The position numbers and the translations under genes are program-made. 29,663 nucleotides of DNA from a virus (Duplodnaviria; Caudoviricetes), in IMG/VR virus record IMGVR_UViG_3300002301_000047, positions 1 through 29,663 of that record; one strand, 5' to 3'. The notes under the pieces are model-generated. The model saw nothing but the letters and a program-made list of their open reading frames with translations. It had not been told where the DNA came from and searched no databases. Shown piece after piece: positions 1 through 8,135 of this stretch. Numbering within the stretch: the first letter of the stretch is position 1; each line of letters starts with the position of its first letter.

Positions 1-1
1 T

Positions 2-376
2 CACGGTGAATTTGAACAACGACCTATACATCATTATAAAGGTGCTGGTTGTCAAATTTGTAATGAATCAAAAGGTGAACGAATAATTAGACAATATTTA
101 ATATATAATAATATTGAATTTATTTCTCAAAAACGATTTAAAGATTGTCGAGATAAAAAACCCTTACCGTTTGATTTTTATTTACCTAAATTCAATGTAT
201 GTATTGAGTATGATGGTGAACAACATTTTAAAATAAAGGAAGTTTGGGGTGGTATAAAAGAATTAGAAAATACTCAGAAAAGAGATAAAATAAAAACTGA
301 TTATTGTGATATTAATAATATAACATTAATACGTTTTAATGATAATAATTTAATAAAAATAAAAGAAATAATATGA
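2..376 (+). CDS. 3' part of a putative homing endonuclease (Zn-binding repeat plus Vsr/DUF559-like nuclease domain); cut by the window edge
   Basis: Own translation: HGEFEQRPIHHYKGAGCQIC...SKGE...LPFDFYLPKFNVCIEYDGEQHF...RDKIKTDYC, TGA at 374-376; not in ORF track. Confidence 0.8.
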   Translation, partial: HGEFEQRPIHHYKGAGCQICNESKGERIIRQYLIYNNIEFISQKRFKDCRDKKPLPFDFYLPKFNVCIEYDGEQHFKIKEVWGGIKELENTQKRDKIKTDYCDINNITLIRFNDNNLIKIKEII

Positions 377-732
377 AACAACATTAGATTAGTAGTAATG
401 AGAAATTAAGGGTTATAACAAGAAGAGATTTGGCTATAGGCGTAGCTTCTGTTCAGGCTTGTCATGCGGCAATTGACTTCCAGCATGAATATCAAAGGGA
501 AGCAACTGAATGGCACACATCATCTAATTATTTAGCCATTCTTACAGTTAAAGACGAAGAGGAACTTATTGACATTCTAGTCAAAGTTAGTCTTAGAGGT
601 ATTAAATATACCATTTTCCGTGAACCTGATTTAAACAATGAAATTACAGCAGTAGCATTAGAAGCATCTAATGACAGTAGAAAGATAACTAGTTCTCTTC
701 CATTACTAGGAAAGGAGGTAAGCTATGCTTAA
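373..732 (+). CDS. Peptidyl-tRNA hydrolase type 2 (Pth2)-like protein with in-frame TAG at codon 5
   Basis: MKQH*ISSNEKLRVITRRDLAIGVASVQACHAA...FREPDLNNEITAVAL; the V-x-x-R-x-D-L...Q-x-x-H-A motif is Pth2-like and partly lies upstream of the ORF-track TTG start at 430. Confidence 0.7.
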
Positions 733-982
733 TCTAACTGGTAGAAACGAGATTATCTTCCACTTCAATAAGAAGCATTTGGAAGATGCTAATATACCTA
801 TGTGGGTAATAAAAACAAAAGGTGAATCATACTATGTGAATCATGTTGAAGTTTTAGCTGGGGTTGGCTTTAATACTAAAGAGACACCAGATAATCCACA
901 TACTAAGGGTTCAATTAGACTTAAAGGGTCGATAAAAATTGAAACAACAGAGGAACATGGTATAGTGGCAACAATATATTAA
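725..982 (+). CDS. Hypothetical phage protein
   Basis: 85 aa, ATG overlapping previous gene. Confidence 0.75.
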   Translation: MLNLTGRNEIIFHFNKKHLEDANIPMWVIKTKGESYYVNHVEVLAGVGFNTKETPDNPHTKGSIRLKGSIKIETTEEHGIVATIY

Positions 983-986
983 AAAA

Positions 987-1008
987 GGTCAGGTGTCCGA
1001 GTGGCTAG
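987..1008 (+). pseudogene. 5' fragment of a tRNA gene (Cys-like)
   Basis: GGTCAGG-TG-TCCGAGTGGCTAG = acceptor 5' strand plus D arm; no anticodon or T arm follows. Confidence 0.5.
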
Positions 1009-1009
1009 C

Positions 1010-1147
1010 CGTGAGGAACATTTGGCAACAATAATTCATGAACTTGAGATTAGGGGTCGTGATTATGTTCTTATTACTGGGGATAATTATGAAGAAAGAT
1101 TTCAAAAAGCTTTAAAAGAAGTTGAAAAGTTGGGATATTTATTATAA
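1010..1147 (+). pseudogene. C-terminal remnant of a NadR-like kinase (AAA_28)
   Basis: REEHLATIIHELEIRGRDYVLITGDNYEERFQKALKEVEKLGYLL*; resembles NadR C-terminus; no ATG. Confidence 0.5.
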
Positions 1148-1156
1148 AATATCTTG

Positions 1157-2590
1157 ATGGAATTAAATATAAGACTAGTTTTAAGGGAAGGTCTTGATAA
1201 GACAATAAAGTGTAAAGAATGCGGCTGGCATTGGAAGCAATCTGAATCCTCTAAGAAGGAAATGTACAAATGTCATAAATGTGGACATGACAATACACCA
1301 GATTTAAACGAGAACATACAACAAGCTGATAAAATATACTTCAATACTAATGTATTATCACCAGAGGTGCGTGAAATAATTCTTTCAATAACACATGGCG
1401 ATAACTATACAAGATTAGTTGCTGATTTATGGTTCTATTTTACTAAGGGACGAGATAAGCATAATAATTATGATGGTGAAATTAGAATAATGAAAATATT
1501 TTATCAAGAACTTCTTAATTATGATAAAAACTTATTTCCAGTAAAATATAATTTACTTGATTACAGCGAAAATGAACCTAGTGAGAAGCATATTATTAGA
1601 TTATATGCGATATTAATGGAGCGTGAACAGTTGGTTAAAGAATTTAGAAAATTACCTTCTATAGCAGTAAGAAATTTGAAACGTATAACTAAGATTGTAG
1701 GGGAACGTGAATATATCTTTAAGGAATTAGACGAAAAATTAACGCAATTAAATGCAATTCTTCAAACTATTCCTAATACTGAGAAGGGGCAGCAAGTATT
1801 AAATAAGATATTTGCTAGTAATAATACACTTAATCAAATGATTGAAGTTGGTCAACATTTCCAACATGCATTTAATATGATGAGTGATGGTGAAGATAAA
1901 GAGGATTTAATTGATGCAATTCAATACCTTGATGCTGAAGTTATACAAGATACAAATAATATTTTAGTTGTTAAAGTTAATGATGCTGATTCAATGCAAA
2001 GAATCGGTACAATGTCAATGTGGTGTTTTGCGAGACCAAATTCTGATGGTTATTGGAACCAATATGCATCCGAAGGTTACGTATATGTTGTATTTGATTT
2101 TAATCAAGATAGTGATGATGCTAAATTTATGATGGTAATATTACCAGATACTGACCAAGTTTATACCTCAACTAATGTTCCAATGGAAGAAATCGGTATT
2201 GAAAATCCATTTGGTTATCTTAAGAAAATTGGTGTTGATTTATCTTTATTAGGTCATAACCCAAATCATTATAACTATGTTGAACCAGCCAGTGATAGAC
2301 CATATGTTGACCCTAATCAATTATCATTATTTGAATCATTAAAGAATAAGGTAATAAGCGAAGCGTTTGATGATACTGATTTATATATTAAAGACAAGAT
2401 AATTAAGGGATTTCATTTGATACCTTTTACTGGCGGTTTTAGTAATTCATATACAACAACAAATAACAAAGTATCAGATATTCTAATAAAACAAATAAAC
2501 GCTTGGATTAAAAAAGCGTTTCCAGCTTCACCAATTTTTGTTAAAAAAGAAGCGATGTACAATAAAATTCAATTTTTTAAGAGAAGTTAA
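1157..2590 (+). CDS. Large hypothetical phage protein with N-terminal C4 zinc ribbon
   Basis: CKECG...CHKCG; ATG at 1157 downstream of ATATTTAT motif. Confidence 0.8.
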   Translation: MELNIRLVLREGLDKTIKCKECGWHWKQSESSKKEMYKCHKCGHDNTPDLNENIQQADKIYFNTNVLSPEVREIILSITHGDNYTRLVADLWFYFTKGRDKHNNYDGEIRIMKIFYQELLNYDKNLFPVKYNLLDYSENEPSEKHIIRLYAILMEREQLVKEFRKLPSIAVRNLKRITKIVGEREYIFKELDEKLTQLNAILQTIPNTEKGQQVLNKIFASNNTLNQMIEVGQHFQHAFNMMSDGEDKEDLIDAIQYLDAEVIQDTNNILVVKVNDADSMQRIGTMSMWCFARPNSDGYWNQYASEGYVYVVFDFNQDSDDAKFMMVILPDTDQVYTSTNVPMEEIGIENPFGYLKKIGVDLSLLGHNPNHYNYVEPASDRPYVDPNQLSLFESLKNKVISEAFDDTDLYIKDKIIKGFHLIPFTGGFSNSYTTTNNKVSDILIKQINAWIKKAFPASPIFVKKEAMYNKIQFFKRS

Positions 2591-2613
2591 ATATTTTTCC
2601 GTATATTTGCAGA

Positions 2614-3780
2614 ATGAAACAATTGATAAAGGATAAACTTAGGGAAGAATTATTGAGTGAGAGTAGACTCCCATTCAATATGGACTTACCTGCCGATATA
2701 CTTCAAATCAAGGATGTATTTAAAAATAACAAGTACGACTTGTTTGTAGTTGGTGGTGCGGTACGTGATGCGGTATTAGGGGTTAAGCCAAAGGATTTTG
2801 ATTTAGCTACCGATGCGGTACCCGATGTTGTTGAGCGTATCATGCAAGCTGCTGGATTTAGAACTCTTGGAACTGGTAAATCATTTGGTGTTATTAACGT
2901 CTTTACTGACGCTGGTGAATACGAAATTGCTACCTTCAGGTCAGATAGCCTCACTGGTGATGGTAGACGGCCAGATTCTGTTTCATTTACCAATATTGAA
3001 ACTGATGTTAAGCGTAGAGATTTAACTATGAATGCTTTATTCTATGATATTGATAAACATCAAATTGTTGATTTAGTTAATGGTGTATCTGACTTGAAGA
3101 AGGGTATAGTAAGAACTGTTGGCCACCCAGTTGATAGGTTCAATGAAGATAAGTTAAGAATACTTAGGGCAATTAGACTAGCCGCTAGATTTGGTTCAGA
3201 TTTAGATGCGGACATTGACGCTGCATTAAAGAGGGATGCCAGTCTTAATGAAGTATCTGGTGAGAGAATCAGAGATGAATTTATCAAGGGTATCAAATCG
3301 GCTAAATCAGTTAAGCATTTTCTTGAGTTATTGGATAGATACCAATTATTCAACTTTATTTTCAAAGGATTACATGTAAACAAAGAGTTTTTAGACGATA
3401 AGAATATTATTTTACAATTGGCTGTGTTGTTGAAGGGTAACTCAAGTGCCGCTCTTAATAAGGGATTAAATAATTTGAAGTATCCAGTTAACGAGATAAA
3501 GGCTGTTATATTTCTCTTGAACTTACTACACTTAACAGTTGATAATGTTGTCGCTTTAAAGAGACAAGAAAAGAATGCACCAATATCTAGGCATCAAATT
3601 ATAGCTTTTGCTAACAGGGAGAAGTTAGACAACAGATTAATTAACGCATTCTTAAATTTCGAGTTAACTGTATCTGGTGAAGAGGTTATGCAACAGTACA
3701 ACCTTAAGCCAAGTAAAGAACTTGGTGATACTATTGATAGGTTGGAAAAAGAAAACTTCTTGAGGCTATTAAACGCATAA
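2614..3780 (+). CDS. cca: CCA-adding enzyme / class II tRNA nucleotidyltransferase
   Basis: VGGAVRD, DFDLAT, EIATFR, RRDLTMNAL, RFNEDKLRILRAIR motifs. Confidence 0.9.
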   Translation: MKQLIKDKLREELLSESRLPFNMDLPADILQIKDVFKNNKYDLFVVGGAVRDAVLGVKPKDFDLATDAVPDVVERIMQAAGFRTLGTGKSFGVINVFTDAGEYEIATFRSDSLTGDGRRPDSVSFTNIETDVKRRDLTMNALFYDIDKHQIVDLVNGVSDLKKGIVRTVGHPVDRFNEDKLRILRAIRLAARFGSDLDADIDAALKRDASLNEVSGERIRDEFIKGIKSAKSVKHFLELLDRYQLFNFIFKGLHVNKEFLDDKNIILQLAVLLKGNSSAALNKGLNNLKYPVNEIKAVIFLLNLLHLTVDNVVALKRQEKNAPISRHQIIAFANREKLDNRLINAFLNFELTVSGEEVMQQYNLKPSKELGDTIDRLEKENFLRLLNA

Positions 3781-3782
3781 CT

Positions 3783-3968
3783 ATGAATAAAGCAAAAAAG
3801 CATGTTATCAGGCTCAAGGCTGCGACTAAAAGCACTCATTGGGTAGATAACATGCATTTTAGTAACAGGCTTGTAATAAGGCTATATGAAGCCCTTAAAG
3901 AGGTCGATTTGATTAAACAAGGATTAATTACGCCGATTACAATAGATGAATTTCTAGCTAAATTATAA
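3783..3968 (+). CDS. Hypothetical protein
   Basis: 61 aa, ATG directly after cca stop. Confidence 0.6.
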   Translation: MNKAKKHVIRLKAATKSTHWVDNMHFSNRLVIRLYEALKEVDLIKQGLITPITIDEFLAKL

Positions 3969-4027
3969 TATTTTACATAATATTGAATCTATCGAATTTT
4001 GTTATATATTTATAATAAAATTTATAT

Positions 4028-4384
4028 ATGGCTAAGTATTTAGTAATTTTCTCTGACAATCATAATGATGAATTTGATATCAATGGGTTTAGGTTAATGA
4101 CAGAAAAGGAAGTGGATAGCTTCGAGGAAATCGCAAATAGTATTACATTTAACTTTGACTATCATGCTAACACTGAATCGTTAACTTATGCTAATGGTGA
4201 AGACTTTTTATCCAGAATTGAGTTTAAAGTAATCAGTAATGAGGAATATCAATCATTAAAGAAACTTTTCGATGGTCAATTTGGTATCTTCATAGGCGAA
4301 GAGTATTTAAAGACTATATTAGAAGGTGATGATACCAATGATTACAGTGATGAAGATGAAAGTGAAGAAGAAGACGAATGGTAA
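4028..4384 (+). CDS. Acidic hypothetical protein
   Basis: 118 aa, D/E tail, ATATTTAT motif upstream. Confidence 0.8.
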   Translation: MAKYLVIFSDNHNDEFDINGFRLMTEKEVDSFEEIANSITFNFDYHANTESLTYANGEDFLSRIEFKVISNEEYQSLKKLFDGQFGIFIGEEYLKTILEGDDTNDYSDEDESEEEDEW

Positions 4385-4399
4385 TTAAAACGTTTTAAA

Positions 4400-4525
4400 A
4401 TGACTAAACTAGTTCATTGTAATAATGAACCATACGATGTTTATATTGGCCGTCCAAGTATTTGGGGTAATCCTTATACACATATATCGGATAAGGAAAC
4501 TCTAGCTGAGCATGTTGTTAACTGA
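4400..4525 (+). pseudogene. Truncated DUF4326-like gene
   Basis: MTKLVHCNNEPYDVYIGRPSIWGNPY...*; N-terminal VYIGRPS-x-WGNP motif present, C-terminal Cys/His motif absent. Confidence 0.6.
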
Positions 4526-4772
4526 TGGTGGAACAAGTGAAATCGTTACTGATACAGGATTAGTTTATTGCTTTGATAATAGAATTCATACAAAGACAAA
4601 GAATAGTCTATATTTAGGTTATCCAAGAGATAATAATTCAAATCTGATTAAAGACTCGGATTTATTGATAAAAGAAATAATTGAGTTGTTAAAAGAATAC
4701 AAGCATCCTTTTTATCAAGTATCAATTGATAATTTAATTACTGAAATTCAGAAAAAAGATTTGGTAGTTTAA
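4512..4772 (+). CDS. Hypothetical protein (possibly 5'-truncated)
   Basis: 86 aa ORF starting inside the DUF4326 remnant. Confidence 0.55.
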   Translation: MLLTDGGTSEIVTDTGLVYCFDNRIHTKTKNSLYLGYPRDNNSNLIKDSDLLIKEIIELLKEYKHPFYQVSIDNLITEIQKKDLVV

Positions 4773-4793
4773 ATATAAGTTCGTATATTTGCA
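4760..4793 (+). promoter_or_regulatory. Bacteroidota-type promoter (-33 TTTG, -7 TATATTTG) upstream of the leader and tRNA array
   Basis: TTTG 4760-4763, TATATTTGCA 4784-4793; same decamer at 2602, 7262, 7567, 8115, 12595, 14263, 16236, 19290, 21952, 26141. Confidence 0.8.
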
Positions 4794-4864
4794 TTCTATT
4801 AAAAAGTTCTTTAAAATATTTTACTTATTATTTTTTAAGACTTTACACTTTTGTAAAAAGTGAT

Positions 4865-4872
4865 ATATTTAT
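4865..4872 (+). promoter_or_regulatory. Second recurrent promoter-like motif ATATTTAT
   Basis: Also just upstream of starts at 1135, 4006, 5594, 6505, 8461, 11996, 21126, 27717 and on minus strand at 19066 and 19249. Confidence 0.65.
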
Positions 4873-4901
4873 AATTAACGGGGAAACCCATAAACAAAAA
4901 G

Positions 4902-4988
4902 ATGATGGTACGATTTAATAACATATTTGATTTTAATTTTGAAGCAGCTGAGGCGGATTGTCCCCAGATGTCAAGGTATTGTCGTTAA
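4902..4988 (+). CDS. Putative leader peptide MMVRFNNIFDFNFEAAEADCPQMSRYCR
   Basis: 28 codons, A-rich leader, between promoters and a terminator; F/D/E/A-rich core. Confidence 0.65.
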   Translation: MMVRFNNIFDFNFEAAEADCPQMSRYCR

Positions 4989-5008
4989 CTTATAAGAGAG
5001 AATAAACG

Positions 5009-5040
5009 AAGCCCTTGACTTGATTGTTAAGGGTTTTTTT
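5009..5040 (+). terminator. Intrinsic terminator / attenuator hairpin
   Basis: AAGCCCTTGAC-ttgatt-GTTAAGGGTTT with the T run continuing to 5040. Confidence 0.8.
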
Positions 5041-5047
5041 CATTTAC

Positions 5048-5080
5048 GGAATATTAGTGAAATGGTATATGACGCTCCCC
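5048..5080 (+). pseudogene. 5' half of a tRNA-Asp-like gene
   Basis: GGAATATTAGT...TCCCC resembles 5' half of tRNA-Asp at 10715; stops before the anticodon loop. Confidence 0.55.
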
Positions 5081-5089
5081 GTAAAAAAT

Positions 5090-5160
5090 GGAGGTATAGT
5101 TTAGTGGTAAAATGCTGGTTTGTCACATCAGTGTCACGATTTCGATTATCGTTATCTCCG
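5090..5160 (+). tRNA. tRNA-Asp(GTC)
   Basis: Acceptor GGAGGTA/TATCTCC, anticodon arm CTGGT-TTGTCAC-ATCAG, T arm ACGAT-TTCGATT-ATCGT. Confidence 0.85.
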
Positions 5161-5198
5161 CAGAGTTCTTTGATTTATGATATTTGTAAAAAGTCATT

Positions 5199-5218
5199 TT
5201 CGAATCTTATTCTCACCA
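5199..5218 (+). pseudogene. 3' fragment of a tRNA gene
   Basis: TTCGAATCTTATTCTCACCA = T loop plus 3' strands with no 5' partner. Confidence 0.4.
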
Positions 5219-5260
5219 CGAAATGGGTTGAAGATATACATTGAGTGGAATCTTCACAAT

Positions 5261-5333
5261 GGGCTGTTGGTATAGCTGGCTAACACACTTGCCTTGCACG
5301 CAGGAATCATCGGTTCGAGGCCGATACGGTCCA
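5261..5333 (+). tRNA. tRNA-Ala(TGC)
   Basis: GGGCTGT/ACGGTCC with G3:U70, anticodon arm CTTGC-CTTGCAC-GCAGG. Confidence 0.9.
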
Positions 5334-5339
5334 CTTTAA

Positions 5340-5510
5340 ATGATGATTATGACATATTACATTAATCCTAGTGGTATTGTAATTGCCACTTTGACAAATT
5401 ATGGAAAGTTTATCGTTCAAGATAATAGTATTTTAGATGCAACATTGAAAATGGGTAAATTAATTGATAATCATTTAAAAAGGTTTGGAAATTTGGGGGT
5501 AAAGCTCTAG
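5340..5510 (+). CDS. Small hypothetical protein between the two tRNA-Ala genes
   Basis: 56 aa own translation; 3' end runs into the next tRNA. Confidence 0.35.
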   Translation: MMIMTYYINPSGIVIATLTNYGKFIVQDNSILDATLKMGKLIDNHLKRFGNLGVKL

Positions 5511-5567
5511 TGGATGAGCACGTGCTTTGCAAGCATGAGGTTGTGGATTCGAGTTCCACTACCTCCA
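5495..5567 (+). tRNA. tRNA-Ala(TGC)
   Basis: GGGGGTA/TACCTCC with G3:U70, anticodon arm CGTGC-TTTGCAA-GCATG. Confidence 0.9.
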
Positions 5568-5615
5568 CTCTTGACTTTTTTGTACTTTTCGGTATATTTA
5601 TTATAAAAGATAGAT

Positions 5616-6284
5616 ATGCCAAGAAAAGAAAAGTTAATACATTACCTTTATAAGACAACCTGTAAGGTAACTGGAAGGTATTATATAGGAATGCATTCAA
5701 CATCAAATATCGATGATGGGTACATAGGAAGCGGAAAAATATTAAGATACTCAATAAGGAAACATGGTGAGGAAACCCATGAAAAAGAAATCCTAGAGTT
5801 CTTTGATTCGAGAGAATTATTAGTTGAGGCTGAGAAGAAAGCTATCACTGGTGAGATGTTGGTTGATAGGATGTGTATGAATTTGAAGAGTGGTGGAACT
5901 GGTGGATTTATAAATGAAGAGCATCAGTTAAAATGTAGTTTAGCTGGAGCTAAAGTTATTGGAAGAGTTGAAAATGCAATCAAAGCTAAAAGTGAAAAGA
6001 TGAAAAATTTATTGTTTTATACTTTAGTTAGTGATAGAATAAAAAATGGGTTAAAAAATGTTAACCATAATCATGCAACACTAGCTGGGACTAAACGAGA
6101 TGAAACAACTAAGAAAAAAATTGGTGTCACAAATGCAATAAAACAAAATGGTAATAAAAATTCTCAGTTTGGTACTTGTTGGATAACAAAAGATGGCGAA
6201 AATAAAAAAATTAAACGAGATTTAGTTGACGAATGGTTAAAAAATGGTTGGGGTTTTGGTAGAAGCAAAAAATTTGGGGTTTGA
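5616..6284 (+). CDS. GIY-YIG (Seg-like) homing endonuclease
   Basis: YLYKTTC...YYIGMHST...DGYIGSG; C-terminal NSQFGTCWI motif. Confidence 0.85.
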   Translation: MPRKEKLIHYLYKTTCKVTGRYYIGMHSTSNIDDGYIGSGKILRYSIRKHGEETHEKEILEFFDSRELLVEAEKKAITGEMLVDRMCMNLKSGGTGGFINEEHQLKCSLAGAKVIGRVENAIKAKSEKMKNLLFYTLVSDRIKNGLKNVNHNHATLAGTKRDETTKKKIGVTNAIKQNGNKNSQFGTCWITKDGENKKIKRDLVDEWLKNGWGFGRSKKFGV

Positions 6285-6320
6285 AGATGAAATCGTGCAG
6301 TTCGCTATTGCGAAACTCCA
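6276..6320 (+). ncRNA. 45-nt tRNA-Ala-like minihelix lacking an anticodon arm
   Basis: Acceptor GGGGTTT/AAACTCC (G3:U70), discriminator A, T arm TGCAG-TTCGCTA-TTGCG, 13-nt linker. Confidence 0.55.
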
Positions 6321-6381
6321 CAGGTGTCCCTGATGTACGGACCGAGCATGGGAATTAAGGGTAATTTCTAGTACATCATAT

Positions 6382-6454
6382 GGTAAAGTTGCCAAGTTGG
6401 TCAAGGCGAACGACTGAAAATCGTTTTATAAGAGTTCAATTCTCTTCTTTACCA
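6382..6454 (+). tRNA. tRNA-Phe(GAA)
   Basis: GGTAAAG/CTTTACC, anticodon arm AACGA-CTGAAAA-TCGTT, T arm AAGAG-TTCAATT-CTCTT. Confidence 0.9.
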
Positions 6455-6516
6455 CAAAGTAGTAGCGTTAGAAAATTAAAATTAGCACTTCTAACAATCT
6501 TGATATATTTATTAAT

Positions 6517-6990
6517 ATGAAAAGATTATATACTAAAGAAATTTTAGAAGAAGCTGTAAGAAATTCAATTTCTTACAGTGATGTTTGTAGAGCTATTGGA
6601 ATGACTAAAGCTGCTGGGTCTAGTTATGAATTGGTTAGAAACAGGATAGCTGAATATCAAATTGATATATCACATTTTTTAGGAAAATCAGCATTTGCTG
6701 GTAAAAGAAATCCTAATTATGCTAAACGAAAAACTAGCGATGATATTTTAGTTGATAATTATCAATATAGAGCATCACATAATAGACTTGAAAGAGCTTT
6801 AACTGAAATGGGTGTAGAATATAAGTGTAGCGAATGTCAATTAGACACTTGGTTAGATAAACCAATTACATTAGATGTAGACCACATTGATGGTAATTGG
6901 AAAAATTGTAAAATTGAAAATTTACGTTTTTTATGCCCTAATTGTCATAGACAAACTGATACATTTGGTGGGAAAAATAAAAAATTATGA
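6517..6990 (+). CDS. HNH homing endonuclease
   Basis: CSEC...LDVDHIDGNWKNCKIENLRFLCPNCH. Confidence 0.9.
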   Translation: MKRLYTKEILEEAVRNSISYSDVCRAIGMTKAAGSSYELVRNRIAEYQIDISHFLGKSAFAGKRNPNYAKRKTSDDILVDNYQYRASHNRLERALTEMGVEYKCSECQLDTWLDKPITLDVDHIDGNWKNCKIENLRFLCPNCHRQTDTFGGKNKKL

Positions 6991-6991
6991 C

Positions 6992-7174
6992 ATGGAGTTA
7001 GAAGATTTACCAATTGAGGAATTGTCACGAATTGTAGGTGAAGCGACAGCAAGGGCTGCTGATGAATTTATGGAAATCATGGGTTATAATGTTATTGCTC
7101 TTAATGGTTGGGTTGTGAAGATATTTCCAGATGGTAGTATTGAAAAGATAAGTGAGATTAAAAAAGTTCTTTGA
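6992..7174 (+). CDS. Small hypothetical protein
   Basis: ATG right after HNH stop (MELEDLP...), 60 aa. Confidence 0.65.
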   Translation: MELEDLPIEELSRIVGEATARAADEFMEIMGYNVIALNGWVVKIFPDGSIEKISEIKKVL

Positions 7175-7272
7175 ATGTTGACAAAATCCATCATTAACCC
7201 ATAAATAGGGAAATAATGACGGAAAATTACAACAAAGTTTGTTTATTTGAAATAAAAGATGTATATTTGCAC

Positions 7273-7542
7273 ATGCAAGAAAATGATTTTTTAAAATATC
7301 AAGAAAAACAAAAACAAGTATTTGATTTTTTAATCGAATATAGTTCTGGAATATATGGCAATGCTGGCCTTAAAATTACAGTTAAAATGGTAAATGTCTT
7401 TATGATTAAAGCAACAAAAAATCTAATAGACGAGATTGAAACATATTTTAGTTTTAAAGAAGAGATGTTATTAGATAAACAAGGTTCAGATGAGATAGAA
7501 GGAATAATTGAAAGACTTTTAGATTTAAATAATAAATATTAA
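7273..7542 (+). CDS. Hypothetical protein
   Basis: Start moved to ATG 7273 because a full promoter (7237-7271) lies in the upstream extension. Confidence 0.65.
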   Translation: MQENDFLKYQEKQKQVFDFLIEYSSGIYGNAGLKITVKMVNVFMIKATKNLIDEIETYFSFKEEMLLDKQGSDEIEGIIERLLDLNNKY

Positions 7543-7592
7543 TTTGTTAGTTTGAAATAAAAGATGTATATTTGCATTCTAAAAATTTTTAT

Positions 7593-7844
7593 ATGAAAGT
7601 AGTTGATTTTAATGATTATTCCGATTCTCAGATTAAAGAATTACGTATTAAGTTATCTAATCCAAACCCCGAAAAGGATAAAATGTTACCACCAAAAATT
7701 TTTGAGTTTTTGAATAAAGAAAACCCTCAAATTGGTAATGTTCAGACAAGGGTTGTAAGATGCATTAATTTGTTAAATCAACAAATTGTTTCACGTTTCT
7801 TGAATAAATACCCCCGAATCCCAATATATTATAACAATTTTTAA
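7593..7844 (+). CDS. Hypothetical protein
   Basis: ATG downstream of promoter at 7567. Confidence 0.65.
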   Translation: MKVVDFNDYSDSQIKELRIKLSNPNPEKDKMLPPKIFEFLNKENPQIGNVQTRVVRCINLLNQQIVSRFLNKYPRIPIYYNNF

Positions 7845-7846
7845 AT

Positions 7847-7867
7847 GCTACCATGGTAAAGTGGTTA
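7847..7867 (+). pseudogene. 5' fragment of tRNA-Glu
   Basis: 7840-7867 is identical to 9187-9214 (28 nt). Confidence 0.75.
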
Positions 7868-8103
7868 TCATAAATTTTTTAATTATTTCAGACGATGAGG
7901 TTGAAAAAATTAAAGATTTTAATACCCCTAGTCACTTACAAATGAATGATACCTTAAGGCGATTTGGTCATGATATGATTTCATTTACTGAGTATTTAAG
8001 TGGGGAAAAATTATGGGAATTTTCACCAAAAGAGTTCTTTCAAGATAGTAAAAAAACTCTAAAATTTTTTACTGGAAAATTAAATTTTTATTTGCAAGAT
8101 TAA
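7861..8103 (+). CDS. Hypothetical protein or 5'-truncated remnant
   Basis: GTG start lies within the tRNA fragment. Confidence 0.4.
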   Translation: MVIINFLIISDDEVEKIKDFNTPSHLQMNDTLRRFGHDMISFTEYLSGEKLWEFSPKEFFQDSKKTLKFFTGKLNFYLQD

Positions 8104-8135
8104 GATATAAATCGTATATTTGCATTATATAAAAC

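Noticed and set aside
2703-3857. Antisense and alternate-frame ORFs within cca (similar ones in Nampt, ATP-grasp, GIY-YIG and other genes)
   Set aside because: Fully overlap well-supported genes
5020-5754. ORF-track entries 5020..5244 (+) and 5410..5754 (-)
   Set aside because: Shadow frames over tRNA genes and the GIY-YIG gene
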